DNA of 64,000 nucleotides from contig CAXXLQ010000004.1 in the NCBI GenBank assembly GCA_963668695.2, positions 2,080,001-2,144,000 on the forward strand. Direction: 5' to 3'. Below the pieces are notes generated by a model. That model did not search any database and had not been told where the DNA came from. It was given only the letters and a program-made list of their open reading frames with translations. Source of the DNA: Vicinamibacteria bacterium. GTDB taxonomy: Bacteria > Acidobacteriota > Vicinamibacteria > Marinacidobacterales > Marinacidobacteraceae. Every line of letters begins with the position of its first letter. Position 1 is the first letter of the stretch. Below are positions 1 to 10,791 of the stretch, in pieces. The position numbers and the translations under genes were made by a program.

Positions 1-257
1 GCGCCCTGGCCTTCGGGAGTGCTCCCGCCCGCTCCCACGAGCGAGCGGAGCAGCCCGAACACCTCGCGGCGGAGGTAGATCAGGGCGGCGGCAAGCGTTC
101 CCAGGTGGACCACGATCTCGAAGAGCACCCCCGGACTGCGGAGCGCTTCATCCGGTAGCAGCGCCCGGCCGAGAACCAGGTGTCCCGAACTGGACACTGG
201 CAGGAACTCAGTGAAGCCCTGCACGATTCCAAGAAGCAGCGAAGCGCCGATATTCAT
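1..257 (-). CDS. uppP: Undecaprenyl-diphosphate phosphatase (BacA/UppP), 5' part; runs off the window start
   Basis: Manual translation from ATG at 257: MNIGASLLLGIVQGFTEFLPVSSSGHLVL...FEIVVHLGTLAAALIYLRRE, containing the BacA motif GxxEFLPVSSSGH. Not in the ORF track because it is truncated. Confidence 0.92.
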   Translation of the reverse strand, partial: MNIGASLLLGIVQGFTEFLPVSSSGHLVLGRALLPDEALRSPGVLFEIVVHLGTLAAALIYLRREVFGLLRSLVGAGGSTPEGQG

Positions 258-420
258 CGAATATACCCAAGTACAAGGGTAGGTTACGGTACCAAACCTA
301 AAGCACCGCCGCAAGCCGTCCGGAGGTCCGGAAGGGGCGCGCCTGGTTTGGGAGGGCGCCGTGCGGTTGGTGTGGGGGCTCGCGCCCCCCTTCCGGACCG
401 CCCGGCGCTTCGCGCCGGAT

Positions 421-690
421 TCGAAGTGCGGCGAGAGCCGCCCGGAGACCCCGGAGCGGGAGGGGCAGGGGTCGGGGGACCCGACTCCCAGCCGGTTCTG
501 GCTCGGGCTTCCGAAGTGCGGCGAGAGGCGGACGGAGCCCCCGGAGCGGGAGGGGCAGGGGTCGGGGGACCCGACTCCCAGCCGGTCCTGGCTCGGGTTT
601 CCGAAGTGCGGCGAGAGGCGGACGGAGCCCCCGGAGCGGGAGGGGTAGGGGTCGGGGGACCCGACTCCTACCCCTCCTGGCTCGGGAGTC
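421..690. repeat. Three tandem ~90-bp units with an internal hairpin
   Basis: Units start at 421, 511 and 601 (CGAAGTGCGGCGAGAG...GGAGCGGGAGGGG.AGGGGTCGGGGGACCCGACTCC). Confidence 0.9.
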
Positions 691-821
691 GAAACTTCCT
701 TGCGAGCCTAGGGCCCGCGGCGGCAAGTTCCGTTTCGGCTTCGTTGTCGTGTGAAAGGGGGAGGGCCCCCTTTCACACGTTCCCCCCGGAATCGATCGGC
801 AGCGAACGGAGTTCGCTGCCC
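690..821 (-). repeat. Dispersed structured repeat, TGTGAAAG...CTTTCACA family, copy 1
   Basis: Palindromic core GTGTGAAAGGGGGAGGGCCCCCTTTCACAC plus GGCAGCGAAC..GTTCGCTGCC hairpin; homologous to copies near 970, 6570 and 27740. Confidence 0.75.
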
Positions 822-968
822 GAAGCATTCTCCTGCTGAGACCTGGGGCTCATCGCCTTGGCGGAGGGTTGTACCGGCTGGAGGTCGGCGCTCCTGTGCC
901 TGCTGTCCTTCCGGTGGGTCGGCGTATCGCCGAACGCCAATGACGAAACTAATGGGGGCCGGCGAACC

Positions 969-1113
969 CCTTCGCTGCCCGCCTGACCGGGGGGAAAGTG
1001 TGAAAGGGGGGATCCCCCTTTCACAAAACGGCTACTCCCAATCGGAACTCGCCGCAGTGCGCCTACAGCGCACAAGGGAGTTGGGATTGCCGGCGCGAAG
1101 CGCCGGGCGGTTC
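969..1113 (+). repeat. TGTGAAAG...CTTTCACA family, copy 2 (inverted relative to copy 1)
   Basis: GGGGGAAAGTGTGAAAGGGGGGATCCCCCTTTCACAA...CAATCGGAACTCGCCGC...GCACAAGGGAGTT. Confidence 0.8.
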
Positions 1114-1242
1114 GGACGGGGGCTCACTCTTGAACAAGCGAATGACGAACCACTAATGGGGGCCGGCGCCCCCCTTCCGGACCGCGCGACCTTCAGCCCC
1201 CCTGCCGGACCGCTCCGACGTCGACGCGGCGACAATGACCCC

Positions 1243-2076
1243 GTGACGTTTTTTCCGACCCGGGCGCGCGGGCAGAACTTCCTCCACGACCGGTCGGTCG
1301 CGGAGCGCTTCGTGGCCGCGGCGCTCGGCCCCGGAGAACCGGGGGACATCGTCGAAATCGGGCCCGGGAAGGGGGCGCTCACCTTCCCGCTGCTCGCGGC
1401 CGGCGCCCGGGTGCTGGCCATCGAGGTGGACCCGTGGCTGGCCGGGCGGGTCGAGGAATACGCGAAGGAGCGGGGCGTCGACGAAAACCTGCGCGTGGTG
1501 ACCGGAGACGCGCTCCATTTGGACCTCGGCGCCGCCATCGGCGATTTCGGAGCCGCGCCGCCGCTCCCGATCTGCGGAAACCTCCCGTTTTCGGTGGCGT
1601 CGCCCCTCCTCCTGCGTCTTATCGAGGGACACGCGACCCCTGGCGATCCACCTCTCTTCGATGTTCTGACCCTGACGCTCCAGAAAGAGGTCGCGGACCG
1701 CGTCGTCGCCCGTCGCGGGGAACGCGACTACAGCGCGCTCAGCGTCGTCGTCCAGCAGGCGCTCCGCGCCGAGGTCTGCTTCCGGATCCATCCGGGCGCC
1801 TTCCGGCCGCGGCCGCGGGTCGTGTCCTCGGTGGTCCGCCTCGTCCCCCGCCCGGACCCGCCTCCCATCGGCGGGGAAACCCACTTTCGCTCGCTGGTGC
1901 GCGGCCTCTTCACGCACCGCCGGAAGACCCTCAGGAACTGCGTTGCCCTGCTCCGGGACCAGGAGCTGGCCGGCCGCGTTCGGGGCGCGCTCGAAACGCT
2001 GGGAATCGACCCCGGGCTCCGCCCGGAGCAGCTTGAGGTCTCCGATTTCGCGGAGCTTTCGCGGCTCACCTGCTGA
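1243..2076 (+). CDS. rsmA: 16S rRNA dimethyladenosine transferase RsmA/KsgA
   Basis: GQNFL, EIGPGKGALT, NLPF, QKEVADR and F.P.P.V.S motifs. Start placed at GTG 1243; the longer ORF from 751 runs through repeats. Confidence 0.93.
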   Translation: MTFFPTRARGQNFLHDRSVAERFVAAALGPGEPGDIVEIGPGKGALTFPLLAAGARVLAIEVDPWLAGRVEEYAKERGVDENLRVVTGDALHLDLGAAIGDFGAAPPLPICGNLPFSVASPLLLRLIEGHATPGDPPLFDVLTLTLQKEVADRVVARRGERDYSALSVVVQQALRAEVCFRIHPGAFRPRPRVVSSVVRLVPRPDPPPIGGETHFRSLVRGLFTHRRKTLRNCVALLRDQELAGRVRGALETLGIDPGLRPEQLEVSDFAELSRLTC

Positions 2077-2275
2077 CGGCTGGACGTCCCCGCCGCCTCG
2101 CGTGGCGACGCCTATTTCGCCGCCTTCCGGGCAGCGCTGCCGGTCTGAAGCCCGGCGCTCCCCGTGTTAGGCTCGCGGCGTAACCGACCGACCTGACCAG
2201 ACCGACCTGCACCGCCAGCGAGACCTCCGTCGCCAGCCCGATCCGTAGCCAGCCCGACCCGTAGCGAACCCGATC

Positions 2276-3294
2276 ATGAACGCTGAACCCCGCCGACTTG
2301 TCATCATCGGCAGCGGCCCCGCCGGCTACACCGCGGCGCTGTATGCCGCTCGCGCCGAACTCCAGCCCCTGTTGCTGGCCGGCTCGGGGATGGATCCTGA
2401 CATCGGCCTCCCCGGCGGCCAGCTCATGCTCACCACCGACGTGGAGAACTACCCGGGCTTTCCCGACGGGGTCACCGGCTACGAAATGATGGACCTCTTC
2501 CGGCGTCAGGCCGAGCGCTTCGGCACCGAGATCCACCAGCTCGACGCCACCGCGGTGGACCTCTCCGCGCGCCCCTTCTCGGTCACCGTCGGGGGGAAGA
2601 CCTTCACCGCCGACTCGGTGATCGTCGCCACCGGGGCCCGGGCGCGCTGGCTCGGCCTTCCCTCGGAGAAGGAGTTCATGAACCGCGGGGTGTCGGCCTG
2701 CGCGACCTGCGACGGCGCGCTCTACCGGGGCAAGGAGATGGCCGTGGTCGGAGGGGGTGACACCGCGATGGAAGAAGCCCTCTTCCTCACCCGCTTCGCG
2801 ACCACCGTCCACGTAATCCACCGCCGGGACGCCCTCCGCGCTTCGAAGATCATGGCCAAGCGGGCGCTGGACAACCCGAAGATCCGTTTCGTCTGGGACT
2901 CCGCCGTCGAAGAGGTGCTCGGGGATCAGTACGGGGTCACCGAGCTCCTTTTGTCAAACCTGAAGACCGGCGCGGAGTCCCGGCTCCCGGTGGGAGCCCT
3001 GTTCATCGCCATCGGCCACGTCCCCAACACCGAGATCTTCACCGGGGCCCTCGAACTCGACGAGCGCGGCTACGTGATCGTCACTCCGGGCGCCACCACC
3101 ACCTCGGTGGAAGGGGTCTTCGCCTGCGGAGACGTCATGGATCCCACCTACCGGCAGGCGGTGACCGCCGCCGGGACCGGCTGCATGGCGGCCATCGCCT
3201 CCGAGCGCTGGCTCGCCGAGCAGGAATCCGCCTCCCCCGCCGAAACCGCGCAGCAGGTCTCCGCGCAGCAGGTCTCCGCGCAGGAGGTTTCCGC

Positions 3295-3298
<4 letters not shown>
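2276..3298 (+). CDS. trxB: Thioredoxin-disulfide reductase
   Basis: GSGPAGYTAA, GGQL..TT.VENYPGF, CATCDG, GGGDTAMEEA, GDV.D..YRQA.TAAG.GC. Confidence 0.97.
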
Positions 3299-3849
<551 letters not shown>

Positions 3850-3897
3850 CAGCCAAGCCCTGCCAAGGCTTCACGCCATCATCGGAGAGTCCGAACC

Positions 3898-5196
3898 TTG
3901 CCCGGACTTGCGGTCGTCGGCACCCAGTGGGGTGACGAGGGAAAGGGGAAGTTCGTCGACATCCTCGCTCCCCGTTTCCACACCGTGGTGCGCTTCGGGG
4001 GCGGCCACAACGCCGGACACACGGTGGTGGTCGGAGACGAGCAGTTCATCCTCCATCTTCTTCCTTCGGCGGTGCTCCATCCGGGGGTGCGCTCGATCGT
4101 CGGAAACGGCTGCGTCGTGGACCCGCTCGCCTTCTTCGAGGAAGTCGAGATGCTCGAGCGGGCGGGGCGGGACCCCTCCCCGGACCTGCTGCTCTCCGAC
4201 CGGGCGCAGATCATCCTCCCGGTGCACCGGGCGATCGAGGCGCGGGAAGAGACCCGGCTCGGGAAGCACCGGATCGGCACCACCCGCCGGGGCATCGGTC
4301 CGGCGTACGCGGACAAGGCGGCCCGCCGGGGCGTCCGTCTCGGCGACCTGCGCCATCCGCGCTATCGCGACGAGCGGTTGGCCCACCTGATCGCCGGGCA
4401 CGGCGAGCTGCTCGGCTGGACCGCCGAGCGGATCGAAGAAGAGGTCGCCGGCACGCGCGAACTGCTCGACCGCTTCGCGGACCGGGTGCTGCCGCTGATC
4501 GCCGACACCTCGCTCGTGATCCACCAGACCCTGGAGGCGGGGCACGGCGTCCTGTTCGAGGGGGCGCAGGCCACCCTGCTCGACCTGGATCACGGGACCT
4601 ACCCCTTCGTCACCTCTTCGACCGCGGTGGCGGCGGGGGCCGCGGTGGGGGCCGGGGTCGGCCCGCAGGCCGTCGGCCGGGTGCTCGGGGTGTCGAAGGC
4701 GTACATGACCCGGGTGGGAGAGGGGCCGTTCCCGACCGAGATGGATCCGGAGCAGAACCGGACGATCCGGGAGAAGGGCAAGGAGTTCGGCGCCACCACC
4801 CGGCGGCCGCGCCGCTGCGGCTGGTTCGACAGCGTGGTGCTCCGCTACGCGCGGCGGGTGAACGGCCTCGACGAACTCGCGATCACCAAGCTGGATGTCC
4901 TGGACGGGTTGGCCGAGGTGCGGATCGCGGTCCGCTACCGGCTGGACGGCGACCCCGTCGAGGAATTCCCGGGCGAGTTCGGGGCGCTGGCGCGCTGCGA
5001 GCCCGAGTACCGGACCCTTCCGGGCTGGAACCGGCCCACCGCGGGCGCGACCCGGCTCGAGGACCTCCCGCGGGAGGCCCGGCACTACCTCGACACGCTG
5101 GAGGAGCTTTCCGGCGTTCCGGTCACGCTGGTTTCGACCGGGCCCGATCGGGAGGCGTACCTCAGGCGCCGGGAGACAGAGGTCCTGGGGGACTGA
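3898..5196 (+). CDS. purA: Adenylosuccinate synthetase
   Basis: QWGDEGKGK, GGHNAGHT, GIGPAY.DK, EGAQ..LLD.DHGTYPFVTSS, TKLDVL. Confidence 0.98.
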   Translation: MPGLAVVGTQWGDEGKGKFVDILAPRFHTVVRFGGGHNAGHTVVVGDEQFILHLLPSAVLHPGVRSIVGNGCVVDPLAFFEEVEMLERAGRDPSPDLLLSDRAQIILPVHRAIEAREETRLGKHRIGTTRRGIGPAYADKAARRGVRLGDLRHPRYRDERLAHLIAGHGELLGWTAERIEEEVAGTRELLDRFADRVLPLIADTSLVIHQTLEAGHGVLFEGAQATLLDLDHGTYPFVTSSTAVAAGAAVGAGVGPQAVGRVLGVSKAYMTRVGEGPFPTEMDPEQNRTIREKGKEFGATTRRPRRCGWFDSVVLRYARRVNGLDELAITKLDVLDGLAEVRIAVRYRLDGDPVEEFPGEFGALARCEPEYRTLPGWNRPTAGATRLEDLPREARHYLDTLEELSGVPVTLVSTGPDREAYLRRRETEVLGD

Positions 5197-5282
5197 GAGG
5201 CCGGCACTCCCGACCCGGCGTGCGGGGGGACCCTCAACCGGGCGGTGCGCGTTCGCCCGCGGTCGAAGGCGTGCTGCTTCGC

Positions 5283-5341
5283 GGCGACTTTTCCACCGCG
5301 AGGGCCCGACGCGGGAAGAAACGGAGCCGATTTCCGTCTAT
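5283..5341 (+). promoter_or_regulatory. Conserved upstream motif of the small coiled-coil gene family (box plus ECF-like promoter)
   Basis: GGCGACTTTTCCAC...GGAAG-N16-CGTCTAT; the same layout occurs at 15712, 28468, 35571 and 50043(-). Confidence 0.6.
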
Positions 5342-5509
5342 GAAAATGAGAGGGGCTGCCTGGTACCGCGGCCTTTCTGCAACGAACGACGGAAAGGAGT
5401 CCCCAAGGAGTCCCCAAGGAGTCCCCAAGGAGTCAGATGCCCTCAGCGACCAAGAATCCTCCGCCCGGAGCGGTTGCCGCGCCGTCGGCCGCACCCCTAC
5501 ACTGGCTCG

Positions 5510-5845
5510 GTGAGCGCTGAGAGAACGGCGGCTTCGGCCCCCCGGTGGAAAGACGCCGTGCGGTCCTGGGCGCCGGTGCTGGGCTTCGCGGTGCTGTTGG
5601 TCTTTCAGATGGTGAGCCTGCAGCAGCAGATCGGCGAGCTGCGCACCGACCTCCACCGGGAAATCGGCGATCTCCGGACCGACGTCCAGAAGGAGATCGG
5701 CGATCTCCGGACCGACGTCCAGAAGGGGATAGGCGATCTGAAGGACGACCTTCGCACGGACATCGGCGCGCTGGGAGAACGGATCGCCCGTCTGGAAGCG
5801 TTGATAGAGCGCGCCGAAGGCGCCGCCCCCCGTCCCGGCGGATAG
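5510..5845 (+). CDS. Small protein: N-terminal TM helix plus 11-residue coiled-coil repeats
   Basis: WAPVLGFAVLLVF then IGELRTDLHRE/IGDLRTDVQKE repeats (33 bp) and ERIARLEALI; preceded by TTGCCG-N18-TACACT (5474-5503). Confidence 0.75.
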   Translation: MSAERTAASAPRWKDAVRSWAPVLGFAVLLVFQMVSLQQQIGELRTDLHREIGDLRTDVQKEIGDLRTDVQKGIGDLKDDLRTDIGALGERIARLEALIERAEGAAPRPGG

Positions 5846-5894
5846 CGGCGGCGGGACCCGCCACGCGATTGCGGCCGGTGTTTGTTCGTGGTAT

Positions 5895-6266
5895 TTGTTC
5901 CGCGTTGTGGAGTCCAGCGTCTTCAGGGACTTGGTGCGGTCCAGGCTCCGGGAAACCGGACTGAGCGCCTCTCGGGCAGCCACTCGCGCCGGGCTACCCC
6001 GGGATGCGATTCGGTCAGTTCTCAGAGGTCACCCGCCGGGTGTCACCCGGGCGGCCGAAATCTGTGCCGCGCTGGGCATCGAGTTACGGCTCGGTGCCAA
6101 CAGCGCGCCGCTGCCGGGATCACCGGACACTCGGCTGGCCGCCATCGAGGCTCGGGTGCGGGAGCTCAATCAGGCGATCCTCGACGCCGGAGGGAACCCT
6201 TTCCCCCCGACGTCGCATGCCCCTGCTCTGAAACCAGAAAGCTCCACCACCTCCACTGACGACTGA
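5895..6266 (+). CDS. Probable XRE/Cro-like HTH protein
   Basis: LSASRAATRAGLPRDAIRSVLRGHPPGVTRAAEICAALG resembles an XRE HTH; start uncertain (5895 or 5907). Confidence 0.6.
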   Translation: MFRVVESSVFRDLVRSRLRETGLSASRAATRAGLPRDAIRSVLRGHPPGVTRAAEICAALGIELRLGANSAPLPGSPDTRLAAIEARVRELNQAILDAGGNPFPPTSHAPALKPESSTTSTDD

Positions 6267-6569
6267 TTCGGTTCGACCCTCAGCGTCCCCGTCGGAGCGC
6301 CGTCGAAGCTTCCGGCCCATCGCCGCCTTGGTCATCCCCGCTTCAGCAAAGAGCGGACCGGCACCCGCCGATACCTCGAGCATCGCTTCTCTCCTCTCTG
6401 GGGAGCAGCGCCTTGCTGTCGCGCGGCATCTGCGCGCGGAACAGGACGTGGTCTCGCGGGCCTGCGGGGCGGTGCCGGTCTGAAGGGCCCCACCGGGAGA
6501 ACTGCCCGGGGTTCCCTGCTTGCGCGCCGTGAGGGTGGGTGGCGCGTCCCTGAACGAGTGAAGGTGATG

Positions 6570-6725
6570 GCAGCGAACTCTGTTCGCTGCCCGCGAGATC
6601 GGGGGGAAAGTGTGAAAGTGGGATCCCCCCTTTCACAAGATGACAACGACCAATCGGAACTCGCCGCGGCGCGCGTTAGCGCACAAGGGAGTTTCGATTC
6701 GCGGCGCGGAGCGCCGGGCGGTTCG
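6570..6725 (+). repeat. TGTGAAAG...CTTTCACA family, copy 3
   Basis: GCAGCGAACTCTGTTCGCTGC...GGGGGGAAAGTGTGAAAGTGGGATCCCCCCTTTCACAA...CAATCGGAACTCGCCGC. Confidence 0.8.
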
Positions 6726-6833
6726 GAACCGGAGCCCCACCCGACACAAGCCCATGGCGGCACCCGCCAACGCCCATGCGACGGCCCCGATTCCGAACCG
6801 CTCGATGCTAATATTCGCGCCCTTCTCGCCGCC

Positions 6834-6906
6834 GGGCCGTTAGCTCAGTTGGCAGAGCGCTCGCCTTTTAAGCGAGATGTCGCAGGTTCGAACCCTGCAC
6901 GGCCTA
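6834..6906 (+). tRNA. tRNA-Lys(TTT)
   Basis: Cloverleaf GGGCCGT/ACGGCCT, anticodon arm CTCGC-CTTTTAA-GCGAG, T-loop GGTTCGAA. Confidence 0.96.
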
Positions 6907-6915
6907 CCCTGTCGG

Positions 6916-6988
6916 GTCCCCATCGTCTAGTGGCCCAGGACGTCGCCCTTTCACGGCGAAAACACGGGTTCGACTCCCGTTGGGGATA
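6916..6988 (+). tRNA. tRNA-Glu(TTC)
   Basis: GTCCCCA/TGGGGAT acceptor stem, TCGCC-CTTTCAC-GGCGA anticodon arm, GGTTCGACTCC. Confidence 0.96.
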
Positions 6989-7191
6989 CGGCCTTTCCGG
7001 CCTTGAAACCGGCCTTGAATCCGGCCTTGAAAACCCCGGCCTTGAAACCCCCGGAAAGTCACGCACCGGAGACCGGCCCCCGGACCGGACTTGCGGACCG
7101 GACTTCCGGACCCGCGCTCCGGGCGGGAATCCCGGGCCACTCGAAAGCGCGGCGTTCCGTCATCACGGCCGCCGCCCTATCGTTCCCCTAG

Positions 7192-7425
7192 CAGCCTGTG
7201 GATAAAGTGACGTATGCGCCGAGACCGGCCAGTTCTCCCGGTGGGGGCGAGGCCCAGTTCTCCCGGTGGGGGTCCGGCTGACAAGGCGCGTGAGGGAGGA
7301 ATACCGGGTGTATTTCGACCGAAACGCAACGCAGAGCGACGCGAAGCGCCAGTTCTCCCGGTGGGGGGGCGGTTCAGCCGGGATGCATCGCCGGTCGAAC
7401 GCCGCGTGACTTTGTCCACAGGCTG
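7192..7425 (+). mobile_element. MITE-like element (CAGCCTGTGG...CCACAGGCTG ends)
   Basis: Terminal inverted repeats flanked by CTAG/CTAA; internal blocks shared with the other copies; no transposase. Confidence 0.8.
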
Positions 7426-7443
7426 CTAACCCCGACCCGCCAA

Positions 7444-10400
7444 GTGACGATTTTCCGGCCCGCCCGCACCGTCGGCGAGATCTCCGCCGTCGAGGCGGAG
7501 ATCCGCCGCTTCTGGGAAGAGCAGGGGATCTTCGAAAAGAGCGTCGCGCAGCGCGCCGGCGCCAAGCCCTGGGTCTGGCACGACGGCCCCCCGACCGCCA
7601 ACGGGCGTCCCCACAACGGCCACGTCCTCACCCGCGTCTTCAAGGACGTCTTCCCCCGCTTCCACACCATGCGGGGCCGCTACGCCGAGCGGATCGCCGG
7701 CTGGGACACCCACGGCCTGCCCGTGGAGGTCGAGGTGGAGAAGGAACTCGGCATCCGCGGCCACGCCGGGATCGAGGAATACGGGGTGGGCCCGTTCGTC
7801 GAGCGGTGCATGGCGAGCGTCTTCCGCTACATCCGCGACTGGGAGGAGATGACCTCCCGCATCGGTCACTGGGTGGATCTCGACCACGCCTACGTCACCT
7901 ACCGGCGCTCGTACGTCGAAAGCGTCTGGTGGGCGCTCGCCGAGCTCCAGCGCAAGGGGCTGCTCTACCGGGGCGAGAAGGTGGTCTGGTGGTGGGCCCA
8001 GGGCGGCACCGCCCTCTCTTCCGCCGAGGTCGGCCTCGGCTACCGCGAAGTGGATGACCCGGCGGTGTACGTGGCCCTTCCCCTGGTGGACGATCCGGGC
8101 CTCTCGCTCGTCGTCTGGACCACCACCCCCTGGACGCTCCCCTCGAACCTCTACTCCGCGGTCCGCCCCGGCACCGACTACGTGGAGGTCGAGGACACGC
8201 CCCCAGGCGGCGAACCGCGCCGGCTGGTGCTCGCGGCGGCCCTCCGCGAGGACCTCGCCGGGCGCCTCCGCCGCCCCCTCCGGGTGCTCCGCACCTTCTC
8301 CGGCGAGGACCTCGTCGGCCGCCGCTACCGCCCGCCCTTCGACGACTTCTGGAACCGGCACCACGCTCTCGAAGGCCGCCTTCCGGGCGGCGGGTCGGTC
8401 CCCGCCTTCTGGCGGGTGCTCGCCGCCGACTTCGTGGAACTCGACCAGGGCACCGGCCTCGTGCACGAGGCCCCCGCCTTCGGCGAGGTGGACCACGACC
8501 TCCACAAGAAGACCGTCGCCGCCTACGAGAACGCGGACGAGATCCCGCTCCCCTGCGCGGTCGGCGCGGACGGCTGCTTCACCGCCGAAGTCCCCTGGCT
8601 CGAAGGCCAGTGGGTCAAGCGCGCCGACAAGGAAATCGTCCGCCGGCTCCGCGAGACCGGCCGCCTCATCCACGCCGAGACGATCCGTCACGAGTACCCG
8701 TTCTGCTGGCGCTCCGACCAGGACCCCCTCATCCAGTACGCCCGCCCGGCCTGGTTCATCCGCACCACCGCCCGGAAGGACGCCGCCCTCGCCAACAGCG
8801 GGGCGGTGCACTGGCTCCCCGAGCACATCAAGGAGGGCCGCTTCGGCGACTTCCTCCGGAACAACGTGGACTGGGCGCTCTCCCGCGAGCGGTTCTGGGG
8901 CACCCCGCTCAACATCTGGATCAACGACGAGACCGGCCGGATGGAAGCCCCCGCCTCGGTGGCCGAGATCGAGGCGAAGAACCCGGACGCCTTCGCCCCC
9001 TTCCACCAGGCGCGAAAACAAAGACCCGAGCTCGACCCGGACCTCATGGTCCACAAACCCTGGGTGGACGAGGTCACCTGGACCCGCCCGGGCGAGCCCG
9101 GCGTCTACCGCCGGGTCCCCGAGGTCATCGACTGCTGGTTCGACTCCGGGGCCATGCCCTTCGCACAGTGGGGCTTCCCCCACCAAAACCGCGACCGGTT
9201 CCTCAAGTCCTTCCCTGCCGACTACATCACCGAAGCGGTGGACCAGACCCGGGGCTGGTTCTACTCGCTGCTGATGATCTCGACCCTGCTCTTCGACGAG
9301 GACACCTGCGGCCGGCTCGGGATCCCGGTGCCGGAGGGGCCCCACCCCTACCGCTCCTGCCTGGTGCTCGGCCACGTCACCGACCCCGAGGGCCGGAAGG
9401 AGTCGAAGTCGCGCGGCAACTACACCCCGCCGGAAGAGACGCTCTCCGAGGCCGGGGCCGACGCCTTCCGCTGGTTCTTCCTCGCCGGCGCGGCGCCCTC
9501 GGCCAACAAGCGGCACTCGCTCGCGAACGTGCGCGCCGCCGCCCGCGAGTTCCCGCTGAAGCTCCGAAACGTCTATTCCTTCTTCACCATCTACGCGGAG
9601 ATCGACGGATTCGACCCGCGCACCGACCGCGGGCGCCCGGTCGCCGAGCGCCCCGCGCTCGACCGCTGGATCCTCTCCCACCTCGAGGAGACGACTGCCG
9701 AGGTCACCGCGGGCCTCGAAGAGATCCGGGCCTACGACGCGGCGCGGGCGCTCGCCGCCTTCGCCGAGTCGCTCTCCAACTGGTGGCTCCGCCGCAGCCG
9801 CCGGCGCTTTTGGGAAGCGGGGCGGGACGCCGGCAAGATCGACGCCTACCGGACGCTCTACGACGCCCTGGTCCGCCTCTCGCAGCTCGCGGCCCCCTTC
9901 GTGCCGTTCCTGGCCGAGGAGATCTACCGGAACCTGGCGGCCGGCCCCTACGCCGACACCGCCCCGGACAGCGTCCATCTCACCGATTGGCCCGAACAGC
10001 AGTTCCCCCTCGATTCCGGACTCAACGAGGAGATGGCCGCGGTGCGCGAGATCGCCTCGCTCGGCCTCCGGGTGCGGAAGGAACACGAGATCCGGGTGCG
10101 GCAGCCGCTCGCCGGGGCCAGCGTCGCGGTGGCCGACGAGGGGCTCCGGGCGCGGCTCGACCGCCACCGCGAGCTGCTCGCCGACGAGCTGAACGTCCGG
10201 GAGGTCCGCTTCCGCGAGGACCCCGAGGCCGATCTGGAGTTCGTGGTGAAGCCCAACTTCCGCCGGCTGGGTCCCCGCCTCGGCCGCCGGATGCAGGCGG
10301 CCCGGAAGGCGATCTTCGCGCTCGACGGACGCGAGGTCCGGGACGCGCTCGCCGCCGGCCCGCTCGCGCTCGATCTCTCCGCCGGCGGCTCGCAGCAAGA

Positions 10401-10791
10401 AACCGTGACAATCGACGCGGAAGACGTCGCGATCGAGTCGCGCCCCCGCGAGGGACGCGCCATCGCCGGAAGCTCACGCGCCACCGTGGCCCTCGACACC
10501 GTGCTGACCCCCGAACTCCTCGCCGAAGGCCGCTACCGGGAACTGCTGAACCGCGTGCAGAGCTTCCGGAAGGACCTCGATCTGCCCTACGTGGCGCGTA
10601 TCCGGGTCGCGCTCGACGGCCGCAACGATGAAGACGGCTCCCTGCTCGCGGTGGCCCGCGAGCGCGAGGCCCACTTCCTGAACGAGACCCTCGCGGTGGC
10701 GCTGCTCGACGGGGAGTTGCCCGGAGCCGAACGCCGCGAGATCGAAGTCGAGGGCGAAACCGCCACTCTGTCCCTGGAGGTCGTCGCCTGA
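7444..10791 (+). CDS. ileS: Isoleucyl-tRNA synthetase, type 2 (eukaryote-like)
   Basis: DGPPTANG.PHNGH, GWDTHGLPVE, WTTTPWTLPSN, GTGLVH.APAFGE.D, DW..SR.R.WGTP, WFDSG.MP, EAVDQTRGWFY, KESKS; the C-terminus (VKPNF..LGPR, ALDT.LT.EL..EG) is type 2. Confidence 0.96.
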   Translation: MTIFRPARTVGEISAVEAEIRRFWEEQGIFEKSVAQRAGAKPWVWHDGPPTANGRPHNGHVLTRVFKDVFPRFHTMRGRYAERIAGWDTHGLPVEVEVEKELGIRGHAGIEEYGVGPFVERCMASVFRYIRDWEEMTSRIGHWVDLDHAYVTYRRSYVESVWWALAELQRKGLLYRGEKVVWWWAQGGTALSSAEVGLGYREVDDPAVYVALPLVDDPGLSLVVWTTTPWTLPSNLYSAVRPGTDYVEVEDTPPGGEPRRLVLAAALREDLAGRLRRPLRVLRTFSGEDLVGRRYRPPFDDFWNRHHALEGRLPGGGSVPAFWRVLAADFVELDQGTGLVHEAPAFGEVDHDLHKKTVAAYENADEIPLPCAVGADGCFTAEVPWLEGQWVKRADKEIVRRLRETGRLIHAETIRHEYPFCWRSDQDPLIQYARPAWFIRTTARKDAALANSGAVHWLPEHIKEGRFGDFLRNNVDWALSRERFWGTPLNIWINDETGRMEAPASVAEIEAKNPDAFAPFHQARKQRPELDPDLMVHKPWVDEVTWTRPGEPGVYRRVPEVIDCWFDSGAMPFAQWGFPHQNRDRFLKSFPADYITEAVDQTRGWFYSLLMISTLLFDEDTCGRLGIPVPEGPHPYRSCLVLGHVTDPEGRKESKSRGNYTPPEETLSEAGADAFRWFFLAGAAPSANKRHSLANVRAAAREFPLKLRNVYSFFTIYAEIDGFDPRTDRGRPVAERPALDRWILSHLEETTAEVTAGLEEIRAYDAARALAAFAESLSNWWLRRSRRRFWEAGRDAGKIDAYRTLYDALVRLSQLAAPFVPFLAEEIYRNLAAGPYADTAPDSVHLTDWPEQQFPLDSGLNEEMAAVREIASLGLRVRKEHEIRVRQPLAGASVAVADEGLRARLDRHRELLADELNVREVRFREDPEADLEFVVKPNFRRLGPRLGRRMQAARKAIFALDGREVRDALAAGPLALDLSAGGSQQETVTIDAEDVAIESRPREGRAIAGSSRATVALDTVLTPELLAEGRYRELLNRVQSFRKDLDLPYVARIRVALDGRNDEDGSLLAVAREREAHFLNETLAVALLDGELPGAERREIEVEGETATLSLEVVA

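Noticed and set aside
751-1242. N-terminal extension of RsmA
   Set aside because: It runs through dispersed repeat copies; homology starts at GTG 1243. The same applies to the apparent extensions of der (24123) and the matrixin (42289).
7197-7420. Replication origin suggested by DnaA-box-like sequences
   Set aside because: Only two boxes, both part of MITE ends; no AT-rich unwinding region and no dnaA/dnaN context
7426-10398. Long antisense or alternative-frame ORFs (also 17897-20872, 53137-55581, 56618-58219, 58945-60501)
   Set aside because: Shadow ORFs typical of high-GC coding DNA overlapping well-supported genes
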